From positions 1 to 41,095 of IMG/VR virus record IMGVR_UViG_3300016665_000157: a stretch of 41,095 nt of DNA; one strand, 5' to 3'. How positions within the stretch are numbered: the stretch's first letter is position 1; every line of letters begins with the position of its first letter. Below, in pieces: positions 29,245-38,402 of the stretch. The translations under genes were made by a program, and so were the position numbers. The notes beneath the pieces were generated by a model. That model did no database searches. It worked only from the letters and a program-made list of their open reading frames with translations, and had not been told where the DNA came from. The DNA is from a virus (taxonomy: Duplodnaviria; Caudoviricetes).

Positions 29245-29595
29245 TCATGCTTTCAAGAAAGCCTCCGATCCTGGGGCCAACATCATGAAAGACAAAAGTC
29301 TGTCATTCACTTGTTGTCGCAACTGTTCCTCAGTAGGCGGCGGCGAGATGTATTCATGCGTTGACGGCAAGACATCCTTCATTGTGAAGGGCCGTGCCGA
29401 CTTTTGTATTTTGCTGTTCAGGTTCCCTGTGGTCAAGGAACTCAAAGCCAAGAGGATTGCCTTTGGCCCAATCATGCCGTCAGACAGCATGATCTCAATG
29501 TTTCGCATGTCATCAGCCGGGACATCATCAGGACACCCGCCATGAGCGTAAATGTACGCCCGAGCCTGCTGGCGAATGTCCTGAATTAGTTTTTT
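29245..29595 (-). CDS. Tail assembly chaperone -1 frameshift extension (gpGT-like)
   Basis: Open -1 frame entered at slippery A-AAA-AAC (29589-29595) just before the chaperone stop. Confidence 0.75.
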   Translation of the reverse strand, partial: KKLIQDIRQQARAYIYAHGGCPDDVPADDMRNIEIMLSDGMIGPKAILLALSSLTTGNLNSKIQKSARPFTMKDVLPSTHEYISPPPTEEQLRQQVNDRLLSFMMLAPGSEAFLKA

Positions 29596-30056
29596 CGGCT
29601 TTCCTTGTACCCAGGCTGGATGGCCTCTGTGATCTTGGAAATCATTTCCAATTGCACAGGCATCGGCCACTCAGCTTCAACTTCTTCATACGTCAAGCCT
29701 TCCCAATCCCCATTCACAGGAACGAGCAGCTTGATGTATTCAACAATTCGTTGTTCCATCGTCAGGACGGTCTTGACCAGATCCCGAGTGGAGCGCCCAT
29801 CAAAAATGACATCATCCTCCGTGATGGTCAACGCATCGGAGTTTTGCATGTCCTTGAAGGGAGCCGTCATCTTTTCGTAGCGGCGTTGCGCTTCGTCTTG
29901 GTCGATGTTGGCAATACGCGCCTCAATCTCATCCAATTCCTTTTGCAAAGGAATCCTCACTTTGAAGGTGAAGCCACCAAGTTCAAAGGTCTTGGTGCGG
30001 ATAGTGTCGGCGGCTTTTACATATGCCTCGCCAAAGGCAGAGCCAAATCTTGTCAT
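29586..30056 (-). CDS. Tail assembly chaperone (gpG-like)
   Basis: Acidic 156-aa ORF between tail tube and tape measure, ending at a slippery heptamer. Confidence 0.75.
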   Translation of the reverse strand: MTRFGSAFGEAYVKAADTIRTKTFELGGFTFKVRIPLQKELDEIEARIANIDQDEAQRRYEKMTAPFKDMQNSDALTITEDDVIFDGRSTRDLVKTVLTMEQRIVEYIKLLVPVNGDWEGLTYEEVEAEWPMPVQLEMISKITEAIQPGYKESRKN

Positions 30057-30274
30057 TTCTTGATGATCCTGTTGTAAATTGTCTGATTGAGTTCAATGGC
30101 GTATTCCACCACTTGCTCAGGCGTCATTTTATCCGCATGGCTGCGGGCGATGTCATGAGCCAAAACAATCGCCGTGATGCGCTGTTGAGTGAAGCCAAAC
30201 CAATTCTTTGAGGAATCGGCCTGGCCCACCAGAAACGCTAGAAGGTCTGTGCTGTCTTTTACTGTTACTGTCAT
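30053..30274 (-). CDS. Hypothetical protein in the tail module
   Basis: 73-aa tightly packed ORF. Confidence 0.7.
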   Translation of the reverse strand: MTVTVKDSTDLLAFLVGQADSSKNWFGFTQQRITAIVLAHDIARSHADKMTPEQVVEYAIELNQTIYNRIIKK

Positions 30275-30275
30275 G

Positions 30276-30458
30276 TCATTCCTCTGTCAGAGGGGCCGGG
30301 TTGTACTTTTGCAAGAGTTGCAGGGCAACATACTCAGCGGTGTCAGGCGTAGCCTTAAACGCCGCAAGTTCAGCAGCATCCACGGGGAGACTGCGGGCAA
30401 CAACTTCAATGTCGCCCATAGTCTCCACGATCAACTTGATAGCGTCCTTGGCTTTCAT
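30276..30458 (-). CDS. Hypothetical protein in the tail module
   Basis: 60-aa ORF, TAATG-coupled. Confidence 0.65.
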   Translation of the reverse strand: MKAKDAIKLIVETMGDIEVVARSLPVDAAELAAFKATPDTAEYVALQLLQKYNPAPLTEE

Positions 30459-30976
30459 TAGTTGTTCGACCAGCCGTACTGGTTGCCTCGGGGATGGATT
30501 GTAAACACAGCTTTGGCTTCCGCACCGGGCTGGGCATCAATCTGGAAGTTGCCAACGCGACCGTTGAACGCATATGCAACCGTGTTGGTGCCATCAACAG
30601 CGGCAACCACGAACGTGCGGTCAACCGTGCCGTTGTAGGCGTCAGCGCGGATTTGCAGCAGCGCGGCATCGCTGGGGTTCCAGGCGGCGGTGATGGTCAG
30701 GCTGGTCGGCGCAGATTGGGTCGGAATCTTGTCCGACTGGCGCGAACCGGCAACAGCATAGTTCGCCATTGCATCATCCATACCGAAAGCCGGGATGGCC
30801 TCGGCGGGAATTTGCACGCCAGCAGCGCCTGTGCCGTTGGCAGCGGTGCCAACAATGGTCTGCACTTGCGATGCCCACACCGACAGGTTTGCTGTCGTGA
30901 ATGCGCTCGGCGTAGCAGCCGATTGCATCCACATGCTTGCGGAAAAGCCGGGAAGGACTTTGCTCGGGATCGACAT
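30458..30976 (-). CDS. Major tail tube protein, paralogue 2
   Basis: Highly similar to 30986-31480; AAGGAG RBS; position before chaperones. Confidence 0.75.
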   Translation of the reverse strand: MSIPSKVLPGFSASMWMQSAATPSAFTTANLSVWASQVQTIVGTAANGTGAAGVQIPAEAIPAFGMDDAMANYAVAGSRQSDKIPTQSAPTSLTITAAWNPSDAALLQIRADAYNGTVDRTFVVAAVDGTNTVAYAFNGRVGNFQIDAQPGAEAKAVFTIHPRGNQYGWSNN

Positions 30977-30985
30977 GATTGCTCC

Positions 30986-31480
30986 TTAAGCGTTGTTTGA
31001 CCAGCCGTACTGATTGCCACGGGGGTGAATGGTAAACACCGCCTTGGCTTCAGCACCAGGCTGCGAGTCGATTTGGAAGTTGCCCACACGGCCATTGAAG
31101 GCGTAGTAAACAATGTTTGTGCCATCGGTGGCCGAAACCACGTAAGTGCGATCCACAGTGCCGCTGTAGGCATCAGCACGCACCAGCAGCAAGTTGGTGT
31201 CGCTGGGGTTCCAAGCAGCCGTGATCGTCAGGCTTGTCGGGGCCGATTGCGTGGGAATCTTGTCCGATTGACGCGAACCAGCCACGGCATAGTTTGCCAT
31301 CGCATCGTCCATGCCAAACGCAGGGATCGCCTCAACAGGCAGTTGGTTGGCCGACACGGCAATGGGCGACACGCTGGCAACCAGGGCCAGTTGAGCAGTC
31401 GTCAAAGGGGTCGGATTAGCGCCGGGTTGGCAGTAGAGGGCAGCACTGAAACCAGGCAAGACTTTGTTAGGCAGAGCCAT
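30986..31480 (-). CDS. Major tail tube protein, paralogue 1
   Basis: Follows the tail terminator; AAGGA RBS; beta-rich C-terminus F.GRV..F.I......AK..FTI. Confidence 0.75.
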   Translation of the reverse strand: MALPNKVLPGFSAALYCQPGANPTPLTTAQLALVASVSPIAVSANQLPVEAIPAFGMDDAMANYAVAGSRQSDKIPTQSAPTSLTITAAWNPSDTNLLLVRADAYSGTVDRTYVVSATDGTNIVYYAFNGRVGNFQIDSQPGAEAKAVFTIHPRGNQYGWSNNA

Positions 31481-31519
31481 TTTGCGTTTCCTTCAAGAAG
31501 TTGAACAAATGTCTTGTCT

Positions 31520-31939
31520 TTACGCTGAAATGTCCAAGGTGCAATCCAAATAGATTTGCGCCATATTTTCTTCGTTGTTGTAGCTATTGTAAAGCCACAT
31601 CACATCAGCTTTTGTGAGATAAAACCCATCAGCCAACGAACCAAATTGCCCGCTGTAACCGTGTAGCTGATCCAAAATTGTATTGGCGATTGTGAAACCA
31701 TCTTCAATCTTTTGCGTAAAGATTGACATTTGGAAAACAGGTCGGTCAATACCTTTTACGGTTTTGTTTGTGCCCGTGTAGACCGGCTGGTGAACGTTCC
31801 GCAACTGCCACACAACGAACTTCGGTTCATTGGCAAAATTGCGGTTGAACGAGGCGTAAACCGGCACAGGATTGACAATTTGACTCAGTTGATACTGAAT
31901 CGCCTTGCCATACTGTACAACGTTGTTTTGCTGTGCCAT
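31520..31939 (-). CDS. Tail terminator/completion protein
   Basis: Size and position; FQMSIF...I...L.GYSG. Confidence 0.7.
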   Translation of the reverse strand: MAQQNNVVQYGKAIQYQLSQIVNPVPVYASFNRNFANEPKFVVWQLRNVHQPVYTGTNKTVKGIDRPVFQMSIFTQKIEDGFTIANTILDQLHGYSGQFGSLADGFYLTKADVMWLYNSYNNEENMAQIYLDCTLDISA

Positions 31940-32284
31940 TTAAACCGCCGTAACAGGGTCAGAACGGTAACACATGAATGTCACGCGCATCCGGTCATTG
32001 GACTCGCGCACATCCGTGATACGCCAAGAATTGCCGCGCCAAGTGATTGAATACGACTGTTGGTGGTCAACAATCTGCTTCATGTTCGGCGTGTAGTTCA
32101 AGGTGAAATTCACCAAGTCCTGATACAGACGATACTTGTCTGCAATCTTCACATTGTTCGCAACATCACCCACCAACGCACGAGTGCCAAACCACTTGGT
32201 TTCAGTAGTTTCACCTTCGCCAAAACTTGACTTGGAGAAAGTCAGGTTGTTGACAGTAATGTTCTCGTAGCGGGTAATTGCCAT
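31940..32284 (-). CDS. Head-tail joining (closure/stopper) protein
   Basis: 114 aa; I.WRG..WRI.DV; position. Confidence 0.75.
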   Translation of the reverse strand: MAITRYENITVNNLTFSKSSFGEGETTETKWFGTRALVGDVANNVKIADKYRLYQDLVNFTLNYTPNMKQIVDHQQSYSITWRGNSWRITDVRESNDRMRVTFMCYRSDPVTAV

Positions 32285-32955
32285 TACATCACCAGCGGTT
32301 TGTACTTGCGGAGCAACGTGGTCACACCAAACGGAATGTCCTTGAGCTTCGTTTCGGTCGCATTGGCCCGGTTGTTGTACAGATGAGTGTACAGGAGCAG
32401 GGCTGCTTGCTTGATGACCGGATACGTCTGCAAAGGATTGGGCGCGGTGGAGTATTCCACCACAATCGGAGCCGTCATCGCGCTGTTGATGTCAGTCGGG
32501 ATGCTGTTAACCACAACCTTGTTGCCAGACGCATCGTAGTAATACTGCGTTGAGGAAATTGTGGTCAGCACCGGAGGCGATGCATTGCTCCAGAACCTCA
32601 CCGAGTTGATGGTGACACCCGATTGAGTTGGGTATTGATTCTGGCTGACCTCGGGCAAGTCAAGGCTGACAGGGCTTGCCACGAGGCTTTCCGCACCATA
32701 CCAGACTCGGTAAGTGATGGGGAAGATGGACATCCCAATGTAGTCCTCGATTGCCATACGGACGGCAAGTTCAAGGCTCTTGAGGTATTCATCTTGGCTC
32801 TCGTCCTCGTACAAGTTGATGTGCTGGGTAATCTCATTCAACGTCAGCCAAGGCGTGACCACATCACGGTCGATTTCCTCAACCTTGACGTAATTGAATG
32901 GATTGCGCGTTTGCGCCCCAAACGGGAAGCCAGCAATCAAATCTGTAGATGACAT
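32284..32955 (-). CDS. Head-tail adaptor (HK97 gp6-like)
   Basis: LTL.EI..H, A.R..IEDYIG, IKQAALLL.THLYNNR, IPFGV..LL..Y. Confidence 0.88.
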   Translation of the reverse strand: MSSTDLIAGFPFGAQTRNPFNYVKVEEIDRDVVTPWLTLNEITQHINLYEDESQDEYLKSLELAVRMAIEDYIGMSIFPITYRVWYGAESLVASPVSLDLPEVSQNQYPTQSGVTINSVRFWSNASPPVLTTISSTQYYYDASGNKVVVNSIPTDINSAMTAPIVVEYSTAPNPLQTYPVIKQAALLLYTHLYNNRANATETKLKDIPFGVTTLLRKYKPLVM

Positions 32956-32965
32956 TACCTACCCC

Positions 32966-33979
32966 TTACGCAGACAGACGGGCACCAGCAAACGGGTCGC
33001 GCACAGTGCTAACCACACGCTTTTCCGCATAGATGGTCAAGAAGCCAGGAGCAGTCTGTTCAAAGACTTGGATGCTCATTTCTTCATTGTCACCGATTGT
33101 CAGGAATCGCGGCCAGTTGGCAAGGTAAATCGGGAAAGACGAGGACAGGTACGGGTTCGGCACCACAGGGAAGCCAAACATACGAGCCACAGCGCCACCA
33201 TCCTCGTCACCCACCTCAAGGAACAGCGGCAGACCTTGCGTGTCCTTCAGTTGGCGCAACGATTGGATCATTGCAGGCGACACATGCCAAGCATTACCGG
33301 GCAGGCTCCAGTATTGGCTGGGGAAGGCATTGACCACGTTCACAATGTCGTTGTACGCAATTGTGCCGCCAGCCTGGGCCACAGTTGCCAGCGTGTGAAT
33401 GCCGCTTGTGATGGCTGTGCCAGAGGTGCCATAAGCGGCAGTCGAGGCACTTGTGTACATGGCAAGACCACGCAAGCCAGAAGTCGCGCCAGTGGCCGTT
33501 GTGGTCGAACCAGACTGGTCGTTGTTGATCGCCATCGAGGCGGCTTCCTGTTGGCCGAATTCCAGCGCCAGGTCATCAACAATCGCGGCTTGTAGGCCGT
33601 TCACATCCGACATCACAGCAGTGCGGATAGGCAATTGAGCCGTGATCGCACGCACAGGCAATTGCCAAATGCTTGTGTCGGTGTTCGGGGTGCCGGTGTT
33701 GTTCTGCACCGGATAGCCCCAAGGATTTGTTTGGTAAGTTGCGTTACCAGTCTTGGCAACGAACTGCGCGTCACTGCCAGACACGGGAATGATTCGTGCG
33801 GCTTGACGGAAAGGATTGGCGTAACGCAGTGTGGCGAACGCATCATCAAACAGAACGCGACCACCCACACCAGAGCCAGAGCCAGTGATGGCAGATGCTT
33901 CCTTCAGGTCGATGGTGACTTTGCTGCCCTGTTCATAGGCTTCTTTGATGCCAGCAAGGATTTTTTCGGTAATGGTCAT
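32966..33979 (-). CDS. Second HK97-fold capsid protein with short N-terminal leader
   Basis: Colinear similarity to 34043-35392 from LKEASA to VRDPFAG. Confidence 0.88.
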   Translation of the reverse strand: MTITEKILAGIKEAYEQGSKVTIDLKEASAITGSGSGVGGRVLFDDAFATLRYANPFRQAARIIPVSGSDAQFVAKTGNATYQTNPWGYPVQNNTGTPNTDTSIWQLPVRAITAQLPIRTAVMSDVNGLQAAIVDDLALEFGQQEAASMAINNDQSGSTTTATGATSGLRGLAMYTSASTAAYGTSGTAITSGIHTLATVAQAGGTIAYNDIVNVVNAFPSQYWSLPGNAWHVSPAMIQSLRQLKDTQGLPLFLEVGDEDGGAVARMFGFPVVPNPYLSSSFPIYLANWPRFLTIGDNEEMSIQVFEQTAPGFLTIYAEKRVVSTVRDPFAGARLSA

Positions 33980-34003
33980 GGCGGTTCCTAAAACAGTGAA
34001 TCC

Positions 34004-34031
34004 AAAAAAGGGGAGAGGTTTCCCCCTCCCC
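34004..34031 (-). terminator. Rho-independent terminator between the two capsid genes
   Basis: Minus strand GGGGAGGGG-GAAA-CCTCTCCCC followed by T6. Confidence 0.88.
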
Positions 34032-34042
34032 TTTCTTTACGC

Positions 34043-35392
34043 TCAGGTGGCGGTGCCAGTCGAGCGATAACGGACGCCAGCGAACGGATCGCGCACCGAG
34101 GTGCCCAGACGTTTTTCACCGTAGAAGGTGATGAAACCAGGGGCAGTCTGGTCGTAGCGACGAACCAGCATGTTCAGGCGATCAATGATCGTGTAGAACC
34201 GCGAGAAGTCGCCAAAGTAGGCCGGGTACAGGCTGTTGGTGCCAGCGGAGCCAGTCGTGGTCTGGCTGGGGGTGTCGAGGTAGCTGTTAACCACCACCGG
34301 GAAGCCCAGCACAGTGCCCACGATGCCGTTGGTTTGCAGCGGGTTCATACGCTCAAACACCGGGGTGCCGTTGTTGTCGGTCAGACCACGGATTTGAGCC
34401 ATGAACACGTTGTTCACCATCAGCACAGCCGATTCAGTCCAATACTGCTGCGGCAGGCTGTAGATGAAGTTCACCAAGTCCTTGTAGGTGACGTTGGCGG
34501 CACCGACAGTGTTGGCATTGGTGGTCAACTGGTCGTATGTGGCCAGGCTGTGCAGACCGCTGGAAGAACCAGTGCCCGACGAGCCGAAAGCAGCCGTGCT
34601 GACCTTGCCACCAGTGTAGGTGGCGTTAGCGCCGCCGTACTGATCCAGGCCGCGCAGGCCATCAGCACCACCAGTAGCCGTGTCCGAACCCGTACCAGTC
34701 TGGTCGTTGTTCTGGATCATCGACAGGGCTTCCTTCTGGGCGAATTCAGCCAGCATATCGTCAACCACGTTGGCTTCCAGGCCATCAATGTCGTCCAGAG
34801 CCGCAGTACGGATCGGGAACTGAACGTTGATGTCCTTCAGCACGATTTGCCAGATGCTCGTGTTTTCAGTCGTGGCCGAACCGTTGTTCTGGATGCTGTA
34901 GCCCCACTGAGCGCCAGCATCGCCGGTCTTGACACGGAACTGATACGACGAACCATCCGTAGCCACAGTGCGGGCAACGCCGCGCAGCGGGTTGTACAGA
35001 CGCAGAGCAGCAAACACCGGATCGTAAGCAGTACGACCACCCTTGCCATCACCACCAGCGGTCAGCGCGGAGGCTTCCTTCAGGTAGTCTTGCATCTGGG
35101 CTTCGTCAGCAAAGATCTTCAGTTCTTTTTCAAACGAGGACTTGCCCGAGGCGATGCCCTTCAGTTGCTCACGAACGTTGCGGTTAACGTCCTGGCGAAC
35201 CGACTTGGCTTTTTCTTTGTGAAAGGCGGGGGCTTGCACCTGTGCCACTTTGGCTTCCAGGGCAGCAACCTTTTCCACAAACTCGGCCTTCACGGCTTCA
35301 ATGGCGGCGGGGATCTTGGCTTCAACAGCCGCGACAGCCTCGGCCTGCTTGGCTTCGATGGCGTCGAGTTTTTCAATGATGACTTGCGACAT
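34043..35392 (-). CDS. Major capsid protein (HK97 family) with N-terminal scaffolding delta domain
   Basis: Coiled-coil N-terminus; GTVLGFPVVVN, YFGDFSRFYTIIDR, GFITFYGEKRLG. Confidence 0.95.
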   Translation of the reverse strand: MSQVIIEKLDAIEAKQAEAVAAVEAKIPAAIEAVKAEFVEKVAALEAKVAQVQAPAFHKEKAKSVRQDVNRNVREQLKGIASGKSSFEKELKIFADEAQMQDYLKEASALTAGGDGKGGRTAYDPVFAALRLYNPLRGVARTVATDGSSYQFRVKTGDAGAQWGYSIQNNGSATTENTSIWQIVLKDINVQFPIRTAALDDIDGLEANVVDDMLAEFAQKEALSMIQNNDQTGTGSDTATGGADGLRGLDQYGGANATYTGGKVSTAAFGSSGTGSSSGLHSLATYDQLTTNANTVGAANVTYKDLVNFIYSLPQQYWTESAVLMVNNVFMAQIRGLTDNNGTPVFERMNPLQTNGIVGTVLGFPVVVNSYLDTPSQTTTGSAGTNSLYPAYFGDFSRFYTIIDRLNMLVRRYDQTAPGFITFYGEKRLGTSVRDPFAGVRYRSTGTAT

Positions 35393-35394
35393 GA

Positions 35395-36195
35395 TTAACC
35401 TTTCAATCGGCTTTCAAGGAGTTTAAGGAGTTCACGCTGCTCAATGGCCGCGAGAATTTCCGCTTCGGTTGCCTCCGCATCAGAATCACTCTGGTTCGGC
35501 GCAGTTTCAACAGGCACTTCAACAGCATCACGCTGTTCCAGCACCTGCTTGAACACGGATGCGGCGGCAACCGCTTCCGACTTGGACAGCCCTGCATCCC
35601 GCAGTGCTTCTTCCAAAACTTTGAGGTCGGCGCTGCCGTCTTGCCGGAAATACTCCAGCTTTTTGACTTGCGCCTTGGGGTTGTTGGGGTACATCACCAC
35701 GCTGGTTTCCCGCAGGCCACCTTTGGTGATTTGAAAATAGCCTTCATGCCAAAGGTCAGCAGAGCCAGCCGGTAAAACTTCGCCATTTTCCTTGACCCAT
35801 TGATATTCATCAGCATAAGCGCCCACGCTCACACCGCCAAACATGTTGGGCGACTCGCACATGACTTGATAGAGGTCAGAACCAGCAGTGGTGTTGAGGA
35901 ACAAACGACCCTTGGCATTCATGCCTTCATCGTCCATCTCAACTTCGTACCACTCGCCAACAGGCATCGTGTCAGCGTTGTGATTCAGGAACATCGGCAG
36001 GGGTCGGCCAGATGCGGCAAACTCCTTGGCCCATTCCATGAAACCTTCAGGCTTGTAGAAGAACTTGCGGCCATCTGCGCCTTCACGCGCACCCCAAGTG
36101 GTGATGCGGGCCTCAATCTTGCCTGTCGGTTCGCCGTTTGCGGCCTTTTCGGACAGGTTGAGTTTGGCTTCGCAGATCAGTTGAACTTGCTTCAT
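35395..36195 (-). CDS. Prohead protease (HK97 family)
   Basis: PMFLNH....PVG.W, GVSVG, LRETSVVMYPNNPKA; ATG 36195 preferred. Confidence 0.92.
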   Translation of the reverse strand: MKQVQLICEAKLNLSEKAANGEPTGKIEARITTWGAREGADGRKFFYKPEGFMEWAKEFAASGRPLPMFLNHNADTMPVGEWYEVEMDDEGMNAKGRLFLNTTAGSDLYQVMCESPNMFGGVSVGAYADEYQWVKENGEVLPAGSADLWHEGYFQITKGGLRETSVVMYPNNPKAQVKKLEYFRQDGSADLKVLEEALRDAGLSKSEAVAAASVFKQVLEQRDAVEVPVETAPNQSDSDAEATEAEILAAIEQRELLKLLESRLKG

Positions 36196-36328
36196 TGATT
36201 GCCCCAATTGCAATTGACAAATCGTTGTCTTGTATTTTAGGGCTATTCTGTCTTTGTACGTGTTTTACGTAATCAGGTTGTAAAACCTGTTTGGCTAATG
36301 CTACCAGATATTTTGAATCGGTACGCAT
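36113..36328 (-). CDS. Possible small basic protein between portal and protease
   Basis: 71-aa AT-rich ORF overlapping the protease start. Confidence 0.35.
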   Translation of the reverse strand: MRTDSKYLVALAKQVLQPDYVKHVQRQNSPKIQDNDLSIAIGAINEASSTDLRSQTQPVRKGRKRRTDRQD

Positions 36329-36334
36329 AATTTT

Positions 36335-37732
36335 TCAAGTGGTGCCCATGTTCATCTTGCGGGTCTGATTTCCACCACCGCCACCAGTGTCCTGCGGGGA
36401 AGTGCCGGGAATCTGCTCGGCGTCTTTGCTGTCATCTCGCAATTCATCGCCGCCTTCCATCGGATCAAGCCCCATATACGCACGGGCTTCGTTGGGCGTG
36501 AGAATACCACCTTTGACGCCAGCAGTCGCAAAATTCATTTGATCCAGCGGCGCACCCTTGAGGAAATCCTTGGTGTCAAACTCGATGGACAGGCTGGGGA
36601 AGCCGACAAACAGGTGGCTGTTCAACTTTTCTTGGACATTCACAATGGTTGGGTAAATTGCCGACTTGTAAAACTCGTCCATCGCGGTTTGTGTGTTGTT
36701 GAACTTGCCGTCATGAATGCCAATCATCTGCGGCGGCACACCAAACAGGCCACAGATGCGGCGCATGGTTTGCTGCTTGAGTTCTCGCGTGTCGTTGTCC
36801 TGCAACTTCAGCATTTCCAGCGGCGTGTACTTCATGCCCTGGTCAAGCAGCATCCCTTGGCCTGGCTTGGACGGATCGGATTGCTTGGAACCGACCATGT
36901 TGCTCCAAGCCTCTTTCAGTCGGGCAGCAATCTCTTTGTATTTGCTGTCAGGGATGACTTGCTCGGTCATAAACACGCCAGAAGGCTTCGCGCCGTTCTG
37001 CATGACGTAGTTGGCGTACAGGTCAATGTCTTGGTCAAGACCAACCAGTTCGGCCATCAGCACGCCTTTGTTGAAACCAGCAGAACCCTGCCAGGCCATC
37101 TCTTTGCAGTGCATCACCTGATGGGCGGCAAGAGGCTCGTCACGGTTAAAGCCATAGCTCGGGGTTGACAAACGGTAGGACGGATACCGGGTCGGCGTGA
37201 TCGTCACAGCAATCAGCGTCGAGTCCAGAATGTACATTTCCAGCGGCGTTTCTGTCGTGGACTTTTGATCCTTCCTCCACCAAAGGGTAAAGGACTCACC
37301 AGCCAGTTCGTACCACATCAACCACTGATACCAGAACTCGTACTTGGACTGGAAATTGTTGGGGTTGTTCAGCAAACGGGCAACCTGCTTGGCCTTGGCC
37401 TTGTCGCGGGCACCAACCGACTTGTCTTTGACCGCATCAATCTTTTTGCCGTCCTCATCTTCGTAAAAGACTTTGATGGGCAATTGAGCGAGGGCACGGG
37501 CTTTGACAGCAACGCACGACATAACCGTGCTGTTGCGTGCCAGCATGGACATGTCCACAGGCCGACCAGCATTGGTTGAACTGGCGGTTGTGACGTACAG
37601 AATCTGCGTATTGACGTTGGGCTGCTGATTTGTGCCTTGGTAAACAATGTTGTTGCCCAAAGCAGTCTGGCCGAACATGCTGTTCGACGAATTATCGTCA
37701 ACACGTTTCTTAAAAATGTCCAAAATTTTCAT
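36335..37732 (-). CDS. Portal protein (HK97 family)
   Basis: LLNNPN..QS..EFW, NGAKPSGV, LDQGMKY.PL, ICGLFGVPP.MIG, GILTPNEAR...GLDPMEGGD. Confidence 0.96.
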   Translation of the reverse strand: MKILDIFKKRVDDNSSNSMFGQTALGNNIVYQGTNQQPNVNTQILYVTTASSTNAGRPVDMSMLARNSTVMSCVAVKARALAQLPIKVFYEDEDGKKIDAVKDKSVGARDKAKAKQVARLLNNPNNFQSKYEFWYQWLMWYELAGESFTLWWRKDQKSTTETPLEMYILDSTLIAVTITPTRYPSYRLSTPSYGFNRDEPLAAHQVMHCKEMAWQGSAGFNKGVLMAELVGLDQDIDLYANYVMQNGAKPSGVFMTEQVIPDSKYKEIAARLKEAWSNMVGSKQSDPSKPGQGMLLDQGMKYTPLEMLKLQDNDTRELKQQTMRRICGLFGVPPQMIGIHDGKFNNTQTAMDEFYKSAIYPTIVNVQEKLNSHLFVGFPSLSIEFDTKDFLKGAPLDQMNFATAGVKGGILTPNEARAYMGLDPMEGGDELRDDSKDAEQIPGTSPQDTGGGGGNQTRKMNMGTT

Positions 37733-37733
37733 G

Positions 37734-38378
37734 TTAATCTTTCAAAAAAGACCAGCCTTCGCTTGGAGGATACCATTTTTTTCTTGTTGTTGAAAAGTAT
37801 CCGTGGCAATAGTTAAGAACACTTGTCTTGGTGCATTTGTTTGCAATCGCGGCATCCCTAGAACTTACAAAAATCCCAGCAGGCGTTTTATACACACCTT
37901 TTTGCTTTGCTCGTTTAAGATTTTGCAAGTGTTCATCAGAAAATTTGCGACCTTTTAATGCCAAAGAGATGTTTTGCAACTCTTTGCTTGTCTTGATTCT
38001 TCCTTTTAATTTTTGCGATTGCTCTGGTCTTTTTTTGCCAGCAAACGCATGATTTTGTTTTATTTTTTCTATTGTTTCTGTTGTGTGTCCTCGGCAAACA
38101 AACTTCATGTCTTGATTGTGTTTGTTTAACGATCTTTGATCTTTTTTTGCGTCAACAGAAGTCAAAATTTCAGTCTCAAGCTGCCGCATTTCTTCGGCAT
38201 CTCCAATTGCAAGAATTTGTCTTTGCCAATCGTTAGGAGCCGCCAAAATTAATGGCTTAACTGTTTTGCTTGAACATATGTATCCATCGTCAAGATGAGC
38301 ATTTTTTGCCGTGCGCGAACCAACATACCACATCAAAGATGGCTTGTGAATCCACTTGTAAACATAGCAATTTTTCAT
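37734..38378 (-). CDS. GIY-YIG homing endonuclease with NUMOD3-like repeats
   Basis: YVYKW......WYVGS, Y..SS, HTTETIEKI / LKGRKFSDEH; AT-rich, free-standing between terL and portal. Confidence 0.8.
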   Translation of the reverse strand: MKNCYVYKWIHKPSLMWYVGSRTAKNAHLDDGYICSSKTVKPLILAAPNDWQRQILAIGDAEEMRQLETEILTSVDAKKDQRSLNKHNQDMKFVCRGHTTETIEKIKQNHAFAGKKRPEQSQKLKGRIKTSKELQNISLALKGRKFSDEHLQNLKRAKQKGVYKTPAGIFVSSRDAAIANKCTKTSVLNYCHGYFSTTRKKWYPPSEGWSFLKD

Positions 38379-38402
38379 CTTTACGAGCCAATTCCCATCA
38401 TA

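Noticed and set aside
34334-35398. 354-aa + strand ORF (likewise 22774-23862 and 5088-5963)
   Set aside because: Antisense shadows of well-supported minus-strand genes, caused by codon bias
37734-38378. Group I intron around the GIY-YIG gene
   Set aside because: terL and portal are each complete, and the flanking gaps (1 and 24 bp) leave no room for a ribozyme core
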